64,000 nt of DNA from Sedimentisphaerales bacterium (lineage in GTDB: Bacteria > Planctomycetota > Phycisphaerae > Sedimentisphaerales > Anaerobacaceae): the NCBI GenBank assembly GCA_963708075.1, contig OY970194.1, forward strand, positions 3,424,001 through 3,488,000, written 5' to 3'. The number at the start of each line of letters is the position of its first letter. The stretch's first letter is position 1. The position numbers and the translations under genes are program-made. Below are positions 1 through 10,433 of the stretch, in pieces. The notes under the pieces were generated by a model. The model ran no database searches, was not told where the DNA came from, and saw nothing but the letters and a program-made list of their open reading frames with translations.

Positions 1-207
1 CGTCGTCAGCTTCCTTTCCGATGCCGTACACCGCGCCGCCCGAAGATGAAGACTGCGCCATCCTTGATCCCTTCGAGCAGCCGGAGCGGCCGTGCGACAG
101 CCCACGACTCTACAAATGCAGGTCGCTCATCGCAACAGGGTCATACGGAGATTCGGCCGCATCGTGCAGAATTTTTCGCTCTCGTGGTCGCCATGGCGAG
201 GGAGTGG

Positions 208-2094
208 TTATGTTCGTTTGCGGCGGCGATTGTTCGACCAGAGTCTGCGCAGGTCCTTCAGGAGGTCGGCATGGCCACTCGATTGCAGGTGCTCGGTGAT
301 GAGTTTGGCGTTGGGCTCACGATAATACTGGAGCAGGGCCGCCTGGAGGCGTTTTTCACGACGGCCGCCGGGGACGTGAATCCTGTGGCCGGCGGCATCC
401 TGTCCGGCGACGTACATCGCCGTGGACAGCGTCAAGGGCACGGGAACGAAGTCCTGCACCTGGCGGGGTTGCCAGGATCGCGAGACGAGGTATTCCGTCA
501 ACTTGACAGAGTGGTCGAGGGTGCAGCCGGGATGAGCACTGATGAAGTATGGCACAAGGTAGAATTCCTTGCCGGCACGGCGGCAGGCCTCGTCAAAGCG
601 GCTTTCGAACTCCTCGAACGATGCAAACGCGGGCTTACCCATCAGGCGCAGAACCTGGTCGCAGTAATGCTCGGGCGCGACCTTCAGATGCCCGCCCACG
701 AAATGCCCTACGAGCAGATCGAGATACTCCCGGCTGTGCAGGGCCAGATCGTGCCGGATGCCCGAGGCCACATACACGTGCCGCTTGCCTCGCGAGCCGC
801 CCTTCCAGTGGATGAATGCTTCCATCATTTCCATCAGCGGCCCGAGGTCGAGATTCAGGTTCTTGCAAGGCGACGGGAACACGCAGCTCTGTCGGGAGCA
901 CCCCTGCTCTTTCGTGCAGTTCGTGCCGTACATGTTGGCCGTCGGCCCGCCGAGGTCGCTGATAGTCCCTCGGAAGCGCGGGGTTGCACTCAATCGGTCC
1001 GCCTCGGCCAGAAGCGACTCGATGCTGCGTGAGGTGATCTCCTTGCCCTGGTGGAAATAGATCGAGCAGAAGGAGCAGCCGCCGTAACAGCCCCGATGCG
1101 TGGTGATCGAAAACTCCACCGGCTCCAGGGCGGCGATTCCGCCGGAACCCGTGTATTGCGGATGCCATTGGCGTGTGAACGGAAGGTCATACAAGGCATC
1201 CAGCTCGGCCGTGGTCAAAGGTCTTGCCGGCGGCATCACCACAATGGTCCCGGGGTCCTGGTCCTGCACGACAGGTCGGCCCCCCAAGATCAATTGCGGA
1301 TTCGTTTCTCGCATCGTATTCAATCCGCAATCCGAAATCCGCAATCCGCAATCAGGAGACGCTATTCGTTGATACTGCTCCTGGGCCTCCATGACCATGG
1401 CTTTGTTCTCGGTCTGCTGCCCCAGCGAGGGCAAGCGCACTGCATCCGCCGGTACCGGCGTATCGCGCACCACCTTGTATGCTGTGCCCGCGACATTTGT
1501 CATCGCGATGATTGGCTCTCCCCCATCCAGCCGCCGGGCGATCTCGGCAGTCGCCAGCTCGCCCATGCCGAAGACGAGCATGTCCGCCTTGGCGTCCACC
1601 AGCACGGATCGCATCAGCTTGTCGGAGATATAGTCGTAATGGACGAGCCGGCGCAGGCTGGCCTCCAGTCCGCCGAGGATGATCGGCACTTGCGGGTACG
1701 CTTCGCGCGCCCGGGCCGCATACGCCAGCAGCGGCCGGGTCGGCCTCAGGTCGATCGCTCCACCCGGACTATAAACATCGGCCTGCCGCCGGTGGCCCAT
1801 CGAGGCATAGTCGTTCAGGCGGGAGTCGATGCAGCCGGATGTGATCCCCCAGAACAGCCTCGGCGCGCCGAGCGAACGAAACGCATCCACGCTGCGCCAG
1901 TCGGGCTGAGGCAGGATTGCCACGCGATAACCCAGCTTCTCGAGCCAGCGGCCGATCATCGCCACGCCGAACGAGGGATGATCCACGTATGCATCACCCG
2001 TGACGAGGATAACGTCGGCCTGATCCCAGCCCAGGCGACGCATCTCATCCCGAGTCGTCGGTAAGAACTGCTTGATATTATCCAACTGTGCCAT
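208..2094 (-). CDS. ygiQ: YgiQ family radical SAM protein (UPF0313)
   Basis: N-terminal [25 protein letters not shown] (CxxxCxxC), [19 protein letters not shown] and QVQDF motifs are typical of YgiQ. Carries a short repeat-derived in-frame insertion at ~1291-1353. Confidence 0.92.
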   Translation of the reverse strand: MAQLDNIKQFLPTTRDEMRRLGWDQADVILVTGDAYVDHPSFGVAMIGRWLEKLGYRVAILPQPDWRSVDAFRSLGAPRLFWGITSGCIDSRLNDYASMGHRRQADVYSPGGAIDLRPTRPLLAYAARAREAYPQVPIILGGLEASLRRLVHYDYISDKLMRSVLVDAKADMLVFGMGELATAEIARRLDGGEPIIAMTNVAGTAYKVVRDTPVPADAVRLPSLGQQTENKAMVMEAQEQYQRIASPDCGLRISDCGLNTMRETNPQLILGGRPVVQDQDPGTIVVMPPARPLTTAELDALYDLPFTRQWHPQYTGSGGIAALEPVEFSITTHRGCYGGCSFCSIYFHQGKEITSRSIESLLAEADRLSATPRFRGTISDLGGPTANMYGTNCTKEQGCSRQSCVFPSPCKNLNLDLGPLMEMMEAFIHWKGGSRGKRHVYVASGIRHDLALHSREYLDLLVGHFVGGHLKVAPEHYCDQVLRLMGKPAFASFEEFESRFDEACRRAGKEFYLVPYFISAHPGCTLDHSVKLTEYLVSRSWQPRQVQDFVPVPLTLSTAMYVAGQDAAGHRIHVPGGRREKRLQAALLQYYREPNAKLITEHLQSSGHADLLKDLRRLWSNNRRRKRT

Positions 2095-2177
2095 TCTGGA
2101 ATTCTACTTTATCACAGGCATGGAAACCCACAAAGGGGAGACTTGAAGTGCACCTCAGAGGGCCCGCATCCACAGGG

Positions 2178-2459
2178 TCAGCAACTTTCGCCACTATCCT
2201 CGTCCATGTAACACACGTCGCTCTGATACTTCAGCCACACTCGCTTGAGTTCCTGAAGCTCATCGATATAGGCGAAAACATTGCCGCTGCCCTGGATGGC
2301 CCTGCCGTCATCGAGCAGCACGGGCGGCTGGGTCCCCTGCGGCAGGTGGTCGGCCTGGCCTTCTCGCGGCACGACCACTACCTCGTGGGCCATCGCCAGC
2401 TCACCCAGTGATTGCCGTATCCTCGAACATGTCCAGCAATGGTCTATGTAGAGTGTCAT
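2178..2459 (-). CDS. Small glutaredoxin / GST-N-like thioredoxin-fold protein
   Basis: 93 aa with N-terminal CWTC, and PVLLDDG..IQGS resembling the cis-Pro/GST-N motif. Confidence 0.65.
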   Translation of the reverse strand: MTLYIDHCWTCSRIRQSLGELAMAHEVVVVPREGQADHLPQGTQPPVLLDDGRAIQGSGNVFAYIDELQELKRVWLKYQSDVCYMDEDSGESC

Positions 2460-2537
2460 CGCACAACTCCGTACACACGTTGTAATTTACCTTATAACCG
2501 TCTCTATACTAAATACGCTTGGATTTGCGCAACGTTC

Positions 2538-4076
2538 TTATGCGACGGGATTGGAGGAAGGGCTCTGCTCCGCCGCATCATCGGCTTTCCGCTTTCGCCG
2601 CGATGGCAGAATCAGTGCGGCCAGAAGAAAGATCAAAGCGATCCACCTACTCAGAGCCACCGCCGTAACCGCGGCACAGCCGAGAAGAACCCACCACGCG
2701 AGCACCTGCAATTGCGGCGAAGGCACGTAACGTCGGGGGTCTTCGCGGCGCCAATGCCTCAGCTTGAGGATTGAGGTGACGACTTCGTAGATCCCCAGGG
2801 CGAGAAGTCCGAACACGCCCAGATACACGATCATGGGCAATCCCAACTTTGCACCGCCCTGAGCCTGTACTGCCGGCGTGCGTGTCAGGGCGAACAGCGT
2901 GGCCGCCTCGCCAAGGTACGGTGCATCGGAGACTTTCGACAGTATGCGCGGCACGAGCAGCGTGCCATCCGGCAGCGGCCAGCTTGCGACCAGCGCCTGT
3001 GCCGCCAGCTTGTACGCATGATCCGCGCGGCCCATCGCCCGGGCAGCCCCGACGCCAAACGCGCTGGCGGCAACCCCGTAGCCGCCAACCACCGGTCCGG
3101 CATCCACATCCCCCATGTTGAACCAGCCGACGTCGATGTCTTTGGGAAACTCGCGGAAACCGGCGAAGAACAGCCCTTCCTGCCAGAATTGCTCCGTGTA
3201 CTTAGCATACCAGTCCTGTGCGGTTTGCGGCCAAAGCTGCGGCGCCCACGTCAGCATGAACGACAGGCCCACGCCCCGGGCGCTGTCCTCTGCACGGCCG
3301 TTCTTCGAATCGACCACGTACGCGGGCAACCCCGTGTGACTGTCCAGTCGGGTATCCTCGAAACCGCGGATGGCCCTGGCGACGAACTGCGAGTGGTCCA
3401 TGCCGAGCACGGCGTCGGCTCGTTGGATCGCGGCAATCGCCGGGACGATATCTACGGGGTAGCACTGGCCGGGGTAATCATCGAGCAGCCCGTGCGGCGA
3501 CTCATCGAGCTCATTGGCCAGCGACCCAACCTGCCATCGCAGAAGCTCCTCGTACCTCGTATCGCCGAGGAGCTTCTGATAGCTTGTCAATGCACTGATC
3601 AGCAGCATCCGGTAGAACAGGTTCTCATGCTCGAGGTAGTCGTCGCCCCAGTGCTGCTTGACCCAGCCGGCATGGTCCGGGTCCGCCACAAGCGCTGCAG
3701 CCGCCTCGATGGCCCCGCGCGCGTACTGGTTCGGAGGCGCCGGACAAAGCCCCGGATTCTTGTCCGCCGCCTCCTGCAAGGCCTCCGTCGCCCACAGGTA
3801 AAAGACCGAGCCGAACAACGGCCACTCCGTCCCCGCGATATCCGCGGTGTTCGACTGTGCTCCCCCCGACCGCACGCGGTCCCGCGCCCACGCCTCATAC
3901 TTCGGTGACAGGGCCCGATGCCAGCGAAATGTGAGCCGAGGCACCTCCTCGCCGCGCAATCCCGGATCGCGTAAATCCCAAACCAACTCCCCTGCCGGAA
4001 TGAGGAAGAAGTACAGGCTCAGTGCAACGGCGATAGCCGTATTGACATAGACACAAATCACGAGCGACTTCCGCAT
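2538..4076 (-). CDS. Membrane-anchored protein with linalool dehydratase/isomerase-like (alpha/alpha barrel) domain
   Basis: N-terminal TM segment, EWPLFGSVFY, NLFYR and LLDDYPGQCYP motifs, several C-terminal TM helices. Start set at ATG 4076. Confidence 0.55.
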   Translation of the reverse strand: MRKSLVICVYVNTAIAVALSLYFFLIPAGELVWDLRDPGLRGEEVPRLTFRWHRALSPKYEAWARDRVRSGGAQSNTADIAGTEWPLFGSVFYLWATEALQEAADKNPGLCPAPPNQYARGAIEAAAALVADPDHAGWVKQHWGDDYLEHENLFYRMLLISALTSYQKLLGDTRYEELLRWQVGSLANELDESPHGLLDDYPGQCYPVDIVPAIAAIQRADAVLGMDHSQFVARAIRGFEDTRLDSHTGLPAYVVDSKNGRAEDSARGVGLSFMLTWAPQLWPQTAQDWYAKYTEQFWQEGLFFAGFREFPKDIDVGWFNMGDVDAGPVVGGYGVAASAFGVGAARAMGRADHAYKLAAQALVASWPLPDGTLLVPRILSKVSDAPYLGEAATLFALTRTPAVQAQGGAKLGLPMIVYLGVFGLLALGIYEVVTSILKLRHWRREDPRRYVPSPQLQVLAWWVLLGCAAVTAVALSRWIALIFLLAALILPSRRKRKADDAAEQSPSSNPVA

Positions 4077-4138
4077 ATCCAACCCGCACCTCTCAACCAA
4101 TGCTCACCCATCACAATGCAGCAAAGCCGTGTACCACT

Positions 4139-4654
4139 TTACGGCCAGAAGGCGGCGACCGCAATGATGAGCCAGATTACCAGACCCAGCATGATCTTGC
4201 TCGTGATGCCGACGAACTGACCGATTCCCGCGCCGACGCCCCGGCGAAGGGAATGCTCAGCGAGCTCTCCACGCGAGACCTCGACGGCCCATACGGCCAG
4301 GCCCGCCCCGATGGACGCGCCGATCACGCTGCCCAGGAACGGGACCGGGATCACGAATGTGCCAACCAGGGCGCCGAAGATCGCCCCGAACACCGCCGAG
4401 ATCGCCCCTCGCCAGCTTGCCCCGGACCTCCTGGCCCCAAGCATCCCGGCAAGGAATTCGATCAGCTCGCCAAGAAGCGCTATAGCCACAATCGCGATCA
4501 GCGTCCAGCCGGAGAACACCCGCTGGTCCCACTTCCACCAGGCAAACAGGCACGTCGAGATCACCATCAGCCAATTGCCCGGCAGGCCGAACAGCACCAG
4601 CATCAGCGATGCCGCATTGAGCACAACCAGGATGGATAACCATGCATAGAGCAT
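4139..4654 (-). CDS. DUF456 family membrane protein
   Basis: Hydrophobic 171 aa with GLPGNWL, GARRSGAS and Gly-rich TM helices. Confidence 0.8.
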   Translation of the reverse strand: MLYAWLSILVVLNAASLMLVLFGLPGNWLMVISTCLFAWWKWDQRVFSGWTLIAIVAIALLGELIEFLAGMLGARRSGASWRGAISAVFGAIFGALVGTFVIPVPFLGSVIGASIGAGLAVWAVEVSRGELAEHSLRRGVGAGIGQFVGITSKIMLGLVIWLIIAVAAFWP

Positions 4655-4913
4655 GCCACGATTCTAAGCGGAGCCGGCCGCCCCGCAAATACGATTGTTT
4701 CGTTCGTGGGAGGTGGAGTTCTGCAAAATGGAAGTTGGGCTTATTATTCAAGGAAAGCTGCTTTGGGATTTCCTTGAATCGACAAGCATGTATCATGCGA
4801 GATAAGACGCGCCCGATTAGGGGATTTACCCACCGAGCGTCGGTCCTGTCGCCGGCGTAGGTACATCAGAGACAATTATCTACGAAGCAACCATGAATTA
4901 AAGGAGCATAATC

Positions 4914-5459
4914 ATGAGGGTCGGATTGGCATTTCTGGCAGGTGTGATCGGCGGAGCGGTCATGCTCGCTCTTGTGGCCATCGCCCGTGCCGCAGGCATC
5001 ACCGACTTGAACCTCGGTATCCTGTGGGGTTCGATGATCACGAACGATGCAACCGCCGGGACGTGGGTCCTGGGCGCCGTGATACACCTGGTCGTAAGCG
5101 GGCTGATCGCTTTCATTTATGCGGCCGTCTTTGAAGCCATCAGAGGATCCAACTGGTTTACCGGATTGATAGGCGGCGCGATTCACGCCGTGATCGGTGG
5201 ACTCGCACTGACGGCGCTGCCGGCAATTCACCCGGCAATCCCGGACCTCCTTCGGGCGCCCGGTGCGTTTGCCATCAACTATGGGGCAGCGGCAGCGACG
5301 CTTTTTGTCGCGGGTCACTTGATCTACGGCATCATCGTTGGCGGCCTGTACACGCCCGTGCACACTCACAAGCTGCCTGCGGCTGCAACACGGGAAATTG
5401 AGGAGCCCGTGGGAGTAGGCCATGAGGAGCACATGCACGAGCCGCCGCGGCGACGGTAA
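4914..5459 (+). CDS. Hypothetical integral membrane protein (4-5 TM, intramembrane His residues)
   Basis: RBS AAGGAG upstream; hydrophobic helices containing IHLV, AIHA and GHLIYG. Confidence 0.75.
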   Translation: MRVGLAFLAGVIGGAVMLALVAIARAAGITDLNLGILWGSMITNDATAGTWVLGAVIHLVVSGLIAFIYAAVFEAIRGSNWFTGLIGGAIHAVIGGLALTALPAIHPAIPDLLRAPGAFAINYGAAAATLFVAGHLIYGIIVGGLYTPVHTHKLPAAATREIEEPVGVGHEEHMHEPPRRR

Positions 5460-5730
5460 GTTTGTGCCTTGAAAGCATTCTCGGTCGCAGCAAGAATGGC
5501 TATTCATATATTTGCCCGCCCGGCTTAAGACACTGGGTACTGATTCACGGAGCCGGGCGGGCATAATCACTGCAGTCGCCTGACGAGGCGGCACTTGGGG
5601 TCTTCACGTCAGTTCCGGGCGCTTTCTTGTTGCCCTCAACCGTTCAGAGGCCTTATTCTTCACTCGTGACGCTTTCCACAAATCATGGGATGCTTGGCGT
5701 CAAGCGTGGATTTGACTTGGGAGTCTCGAA

Positions 5731-6453
5731 TTGATCGTGAGAATAAGGGAGCTTCTGGATCGATTCCGGGTCAATGTGGACCTGTTCATGCTGCTGATTC
5801 TGGCGGTCATTATCATCACAGGCTGGCTCGCCGCGGAGTTGGCCGATGAGGTCCTGGAAGGTACAACGCAGCAATATGACGAATGGGTGTTGCGTCACCT
5901 TCGGACGCCGGACGACATGACTAACCCTATCGGCCCGCAGTGGTTCAAGGACATGTGGCGGGATATCACCGCGTTGGGAAGCAGCACGATCCTGACGCTC
6001 GTCACCGCCGCCTGTGCCGGGTATCTGCTGATGCGAAGACAGCATCGCACCCTGGTGCTGCTGCTGGCCGCGACCGTCGGCGGCGTTGTCGTCAGTCTGG
6101 TACTCAAGACTCTGTTCGATCGGCCACGGCCTGAATTCGCCTCACCCGAGAGTTACGTCGTTACAGCCAGCTTTCCCAGCGGCCATTCCATGCTCTCGGC
6201 CATAGTGTATTTGACTCTTGGGGCACTGCTGGCCCGCACGACCAACCAGTACCGCCTCAAGATCTACTTTCTCACGATGGCCGTTCTCATCACTCTCCTC
6301 GTCGGGTTCAGTCGGGTGTATCTCGGCGTCCATTATCCCACCGATGTCCTTGCCGGCTGGAGCGTGGGGTTGCTCTGGGCCCTGCTCTGCTGGCTCGTCG
6401 CATACGTCCTCCAGAAGAGGGGCGCCATCGAACGTCCCAGGGAGACCGGCTGA
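5731..6453 (+). CDS. PAP2 family phosphatase (undecaprenyl-PP / lipid phosphatase)
   Basis: KxxxxRPRP, SFPSGH and SRVYLGVHYPTDV motifs. Confidence 0.92.
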   Translation: MIVRIRELLDRFRVNVDLFMLLILAVIIITGWLAAELADEVLEGTTQQYDEWVLRHLRTPDDMTNPIGPQWFKDMWRDITALGSSTILTLVTAACAGYLLMRRQHRTLVLLLAATVGGVVVSLVLKTLFDRPRPEFASPESYVVTASFPSGHSMLSAIVYLTLGALLARTTNQYRLKIYFLTMAVLITLLVGFSRVYLGVHYPTDVLAGWSVGLLWALLCWLVAYVLQKRGAIERPRETG

Positions 6454-7363
6454 ATCGATGGCCACTTCCTGTCATCGCCGAATCATGGATGGGCGGTTGC
6501 CGGGAGGTTCGGCGGAACGCCCGCATCCAAACTACAGCCGAGTACGTCAAGATGAGCGCCAACAGAGGGATACCATAAACTTCCAGGAAGATCCACATCG
6601 CCTCCATATGGAGGAACCGGCCTGCCAGCGGCAGGATGAGAACCAGCAACAGCCCTGCAACCACTCGCGATGAACCTCTCACATGGAACATGTCCGGCTG
6701 CTGCCAGTGGACGGTTATGCGTAGAGCCCAGAAGCCACACAACACCCCGATCATCGCTCCGGCGAGCACGTCGGACGGGTAGTGAGCCAGGACCGCGATC
6801 CGGAGCAGACCGATCCCGCCGGCGGCCGTGAAAAGCAAAGGTGCCCAGCGCCGGCCCGGCGAGGCCGACAGAACCGTCGCCACGGCAAAAGCGACGGCCG
6901 TGTCGCCGGAAGGAAAAGACGCCCTTTGCCCCGAGACAATACGCCGATCCTCAGGCGACAGTCGCTCGAGTGCCGCGGTGTACAGGTGCGGCCGGGGTCT
7001 GTGCACCACAACCTTGAGAGAACATACGCACAGACCAACAAGAGCCAGGGAAACCACAATGACGATCGTCGCACGCCAGCGGTCGACCAGCCAACTCCAA
7101 AGCAACAGCAGCCAGATGACTACGTAAGCCTTCCCCAACTGTCGGAATCCATCCACCCAGGCGTGCTCATGCCAGACGTCGGGATGACTCTGGAACCACT
7201 CTCGCACCTCCTGGTCAAAGAACAGGAAACAGGAGATGATCGCCAGGATCCCGACCAGGACCAGGCAGGACCACACGAAAAGCAGGGTAAGCAGCTTCGC
7301 TCGCCGGGGAAGGTCACGCGACACCAGGCAGTCTGCACGACCGGACTGTTCGCTATCATTCAT
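6308..7363 (-). CDS. PAP2 family phosphatase with extended C-terminus overlapping the convergent PAP2 gene
   Basis: KVVVHRPRP, SFPSGD (His replaced by Asp) and RIAVLAHYPSDV. Start overlaps the end of the ArnT-like gene. Confidence 0.8.
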   Translation of the reverse strand: MNDSEQSGRADCLVSRDLPRRAKLLTLLFVWSCLVLVGILAIISCFLFFDQEVREWFQSHPDVWHEHAWVDGFRQLGKAYVVIWLLLLWSWLVDRWRATIVIVVSLALVGLCVCSLKVVVHRPRPHLYTAALERLSPEDRRIVSGQRASFPSGDTAVAFAVATVLSASPGRRWAPLLFTAAGGIGLLRIAVLAHYPSDVLAGAMIGVLCGFWALRITVHWQQPDMFHVRGSSRVVAGLLLVLILPLAGRFLHMEAMWIFLEVYGIPLLALILTYSAVVWMRAFRRTSRQPPIHDSAMTGSGHRFSRSPWDVRWRPSSGGRMRRASRAGPRATPRSSRQGHRWDNGRRDTPD

Positions 7364-9017
7364 TCATGCCCCTTCCGCGCAGCATCGCCGCAACCTCCAG
7401 CGTCTTGCCCTTCGAGTAGTTCAAGCCCTGTTTGGAGGCAATCCTCACAAGACATAGTGGACCGTATCGCTGCTCGATCCCCGTCAACGCGGCTTCTGGA
7501 ATGATGAGCACCCCTGGTTGTGATTGCCGGGCCCATGCTGCAACCGCCTCTTCGCTGCCAAGCGGTTCAATGCGCCGACCGACATAGAAGTTCAGCGTCG
7601 GCTCACGATAGCCAAATGTCACCACGGGGACATCCGCGACCGTTGTCCGTTTGACAGCTTCCGCAAGAGGTATGGAGATCTTGACCTGCTCCAGGGCCGG
7701 CATGATGCCGAGCATCACGGGAATCTGCACTACGACCATGCCAACAAGCAGAGTGATCGCACTGGCCCGCGGACGGTCTTGAAGTTGCTGACAGATCGCC
7801 AGCGCGGACATCGCCAGCAGGACCATGGCAGCGGCCCAGAACGACGCCACACTCCCTGGCAGGTGCAGCGCGAAAGGAGCGGCAAGCAGGCCGAGCACCG
7901 ATCCACTCGCTACCGGTCCGAAGAACCACACTCCGCCTCGGAGCCAACGTCGGTCGACATCCGCCAACTGCTCCCGTGAGGCGGCTGCCAAGGTGCCGCC
8001 CACCGCCAGGGCCATCGCCGGCCATGTGAACAGGATGTAGTGAGGCAGTTTCGTCGCCACAAGAGTCATGATGACCACGACAGAAGCCACCCAGGCCAGG
8101 AATAGCTCCCGGAAATGAACGCCCCCCACTCGTCTGTTCAGGACGGCCGAGACCGATCCCGGCAGGTGCAACGTCCAGGGGAAGAACCCCGCGATAATTA
8201 CCGGCAGGTAGTACGGCAGGTGAAGCAGGAAGTCCCCGCCGTGGTGCTCCAGCGGCCGCGCCGTCCGTGCCAGGACATGATGGCCCAGACCAAGACGCAG
8301 GAACTCTCCACTGGTGGCGTGATTGGCGGGAATGGCCCATGCAATGAACAACAATGCCCCCAGGACAGTGGCCTCCCCGAGTTGTCCAACGTGGGACCCG
8401 ATCCGGACTTCGCTTCTCCGGATCAGCCAGAGCGTACTCACCATGACCGCGATGGACAGCAATGCCACCGGTCCTTTGGCCAAAAGCCCAAGCCCCAGGG
8501 CTAACCCCATCCCCATCACGTGGTACCACCGCAATCCGGATGCAAGGCCGGATGCAAACAGCACGATAACGGCGACCATGGTCGGCAGCAGAATGCCATC
8601 CGCCGTGGCCGCCGTGCCCTCGACCATAATCATCAGCGTCGACGGCAGAACAGCCATGGACCATAATCCCGCTTCAACGTCAAGAAACCGCCGGGCGATA
8701 AGGAACGTGAGCAGGCAAGTGACGACGATGCCCACCGTGCTGAAGAAGCGGCACGCCAACGAAGTTGGCCCAAGCAGGCGCATCGGAATGGACATCAGCC
8801 AGTATATCAGGATCGGCTTGTCCGGGCGGAGTTGGCCATTAAACGTCGGGTACAGATAGTTGCCCGACTCAATCATTTCGGCCGTGGCCCGCGAGAACCG
8901 CGGCTCATCCCGGTCCCACAGTGTGCTACACGTGTCGATGAACCAGTAGCCCCCAGCTACTACCGCGCAGATCGCGGCGACAAACAGCCAGGACGCACGA
9001 GACTCCTCAGTCTGCAT
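7356..9017 (-). CDS. arnT: ArnT-like GT-C glycosyltransferase (lipid A / glycolipid modification)
   Basis: WDRDEPRF, RPDKPILIYW, LAKGPVA, GFFPW and TKLPHYIL motifs; multi-TM. Confidence 0.85.
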   Translation of the reverse strand: MQTEESRASWLFVAAICAVVAGGYWFIDTCSTLWDRDEPRFSRATAEMIESGNYLYPTFNGQLRPDKPILIYWLMSIPMRLLGPTSLACRFFSTVGIVVTCLLTFLIARRFLDVEAGLWSMAVLPSTLMIMVEGTAATADGILLPTMVAVIVLFASGLASGLRWYHVMGMGLALGLGLLAKGPVALLSIAVMVSTLWLIRRSEVRIGSHVGQLGEATVLGALLFIAWAIPANHATSGEFLRLGLGHHVLARTARPLEHHGGDFLLHLPYYLPVIIAGFFPWTLHLPGSVSAVLNRRVGGVHFRELFLAWVASVVVIMTLVATKLPHYILFTWPAMALAVGGTLAAASREQLADVDRRWLRGGVWFFGPVASGSVLGLLAAPFALHLPGSVASFWAAAMVLLAMSALAICQQLQDRPRASAITLLVGMVVVQIPVMLGIMPALEQVKISIPLAEAVKRTTVADVPVVTFGYREPTLNFYVGRRIEPLGSEEAVAAWARQSQPGVLIIPEAALTGIEQRYGPLCLVRIASKQGLNYSKGKTLEVAAMLRGRGMNE

Positions 9018-9224
9018 TTGTACCCCCCTGATGTGCTCTGCGACCGTCCCCAGACTCGAGTGCCGCCTTAGCTCCCGAAGATGATTTTACAGGCGAATGA
9101 AGCGCACGGGCAACATGAAACTACAAGGTCCGCTCGGATCTTGCAGTGCTGAACTAATCCGGTACAATGGCATCGGAGAATCTGGGTACGGATACCTTGC
9201 TTCAGGACTCTTAGGATGGAACCT

Positions 9225-9971
9225 ATGGGCCTTCAAAATCCGTCAAATCGCGGGATATATCTGTCTGTCGTGTCGCCGGCCCACAATGAGGCGGAGAACC
9301 TGCCGCGGCTGCTCGAAGAAATCGCGGCAGCCCTGGCAAGGTCTGAGTATGGGTGGGAGATCATCCTAGTTGACGACAGCAGCACCGATGATACGCCTCG
9401 CCTACTGCCGGAGCTGATGAAGAAGCATCCGCAATTACGTGTCCTGTCGCTGCGGAACCGCTCCGGCCAGACTGCCGCGCTGGATGCGGGCCTGCGCCGC
9501 GCGAGAGGCTCATTCATCGCCATGCTCGACGCTGACCTGCAGAACGACCCTGCCGATATCCCCCGTCTGCTGGATACGCTGCTTACGACGCAATGCGGCC
9601 TGATCAATGGCTGGCGAGCCAATCGCCGGGATCCGTGGGTCCGTCTGGTCTCGACGCGTGTCGCCAATCGCGTGCGAAACTGGCTCACCCACGAGCAAAT
9701 CCACGATTCCGCCTGCGGCTTGAAGGTGTTCCGCCACGAGTGCATCGACCACCTCAAGCTGTTCAACGGCATGCATCGATTCCTCCCGACGCTTGTGAAG
9801 ATGGAGGGTTACGAGGTCGTGGAAATCCCCGTGAATCACCGGCCCCGCACCGCTGGAAGGGCCAAGTATGGGGTCTTCAACCGTGTCTTCAAGGCGCTTC
9901 GTGATTGCCTTGTCGTCCGATGGATGCAGCACCGGATGTTGCGATACGAATGCCGGGAGTGGGAGTCCTGA
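9225..9971 (+). CDS. GT2 polyprenol-phosphate glycosyltransferase (ArnC/DPM-like)
   Basis: SVVSPAHNE, VDDSSTD, LDADLQNDP, HRFLP and VNHRPR motifs. Confidence 0.92.
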   Translation: MGLQNPSNRGIYLSVVSPAHNEAENLPRLLEEIAAALARSEYGWEIILVDDSSTDDTPRLLPELMKKHPQLRVLSLRNRSGQTAALDAGLRRARGSFIAMLDADLQNDPADIPRLLDTLLTTQCGLINGWRANRRDPWVRLVSTRVANRVRNWLTHEQIHDSACGLKVFRHECIDHLKLFNGMHRFLPTLVKMEGYEVVEIPVNHRPRTAGRAKYGVFNRVFKALRDCLVVRWMQHRMLRYECREWES

Positions 9972-9972
9972 T

Positions 9973-10284
9973 ATGTGGAACCGATTGTCTGCCAATCTCG
10001 ATTGTTGGGTCATCCTCGGACTCGTTTTCCAAGGCGCGTTCACCGCTCGGTTCCTCGTCCAGTGGATTGCCTCGGAGCGTCAGGGCAGGAGCGTCATTCC
10101 GGTTTCATTCTGGTACTTGAGCCTGTTTGGCAGCGCCGGTCTGTTGCTCTATGCCGTCGTCCGCGCCGACCCCGTATTCATCCTGGGCCAATCGCTGGGC
10201 AGTGTAGTCTACGTTCGCAATCTTGTCCTGATCTACCGCGAACGCCACGCATCGGTCGTCAGTCCGACCGCCCCAATGCCCTGA
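9973..10284 (+). CDS. Lipid A biosynthesis N-terminal (LAB_N) domain membrane protein
   Basis: RFLVQWIASE..SVIPVSFWYLS and DPVFILGQ..VYVRNL motifs. ATG 9973 directly follows the GT2 stop. Confidence 0.88.
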   Translation: MWNRLSANLDCWVILGLVFQGAFTARFLVQWIASERQGRSVIPVSFWYLSLFGSAGLLLYAVVRADPVFILGQSLGSVVYVRNLVLIYRERHASVVSPTAPMP

Positions 10285-10433
10285 TCTCCCGTGCGGCAGC
10301 GAATCTCATTGGCTGCGCCGGCCGCAAGTAGCACGGCCGGGGTGCCCTTCCGCCTGTCACGTCCGACCCAATTGACCGTCTCAGGCGTAGTACCTCTGGA
10401 GGGTGCAAGTCAGGTTGTGAAGGCAGCAGATGC

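Noticed and set aside
46..2064. Long antisense ORFs opposite ygiQ, and similar ones opposite tig, mreB, mrdA, ftsI and proB
   Set aside because: Shadow ORFs expected from high GC3 codon bias; the opposite strand has clear family motifs.
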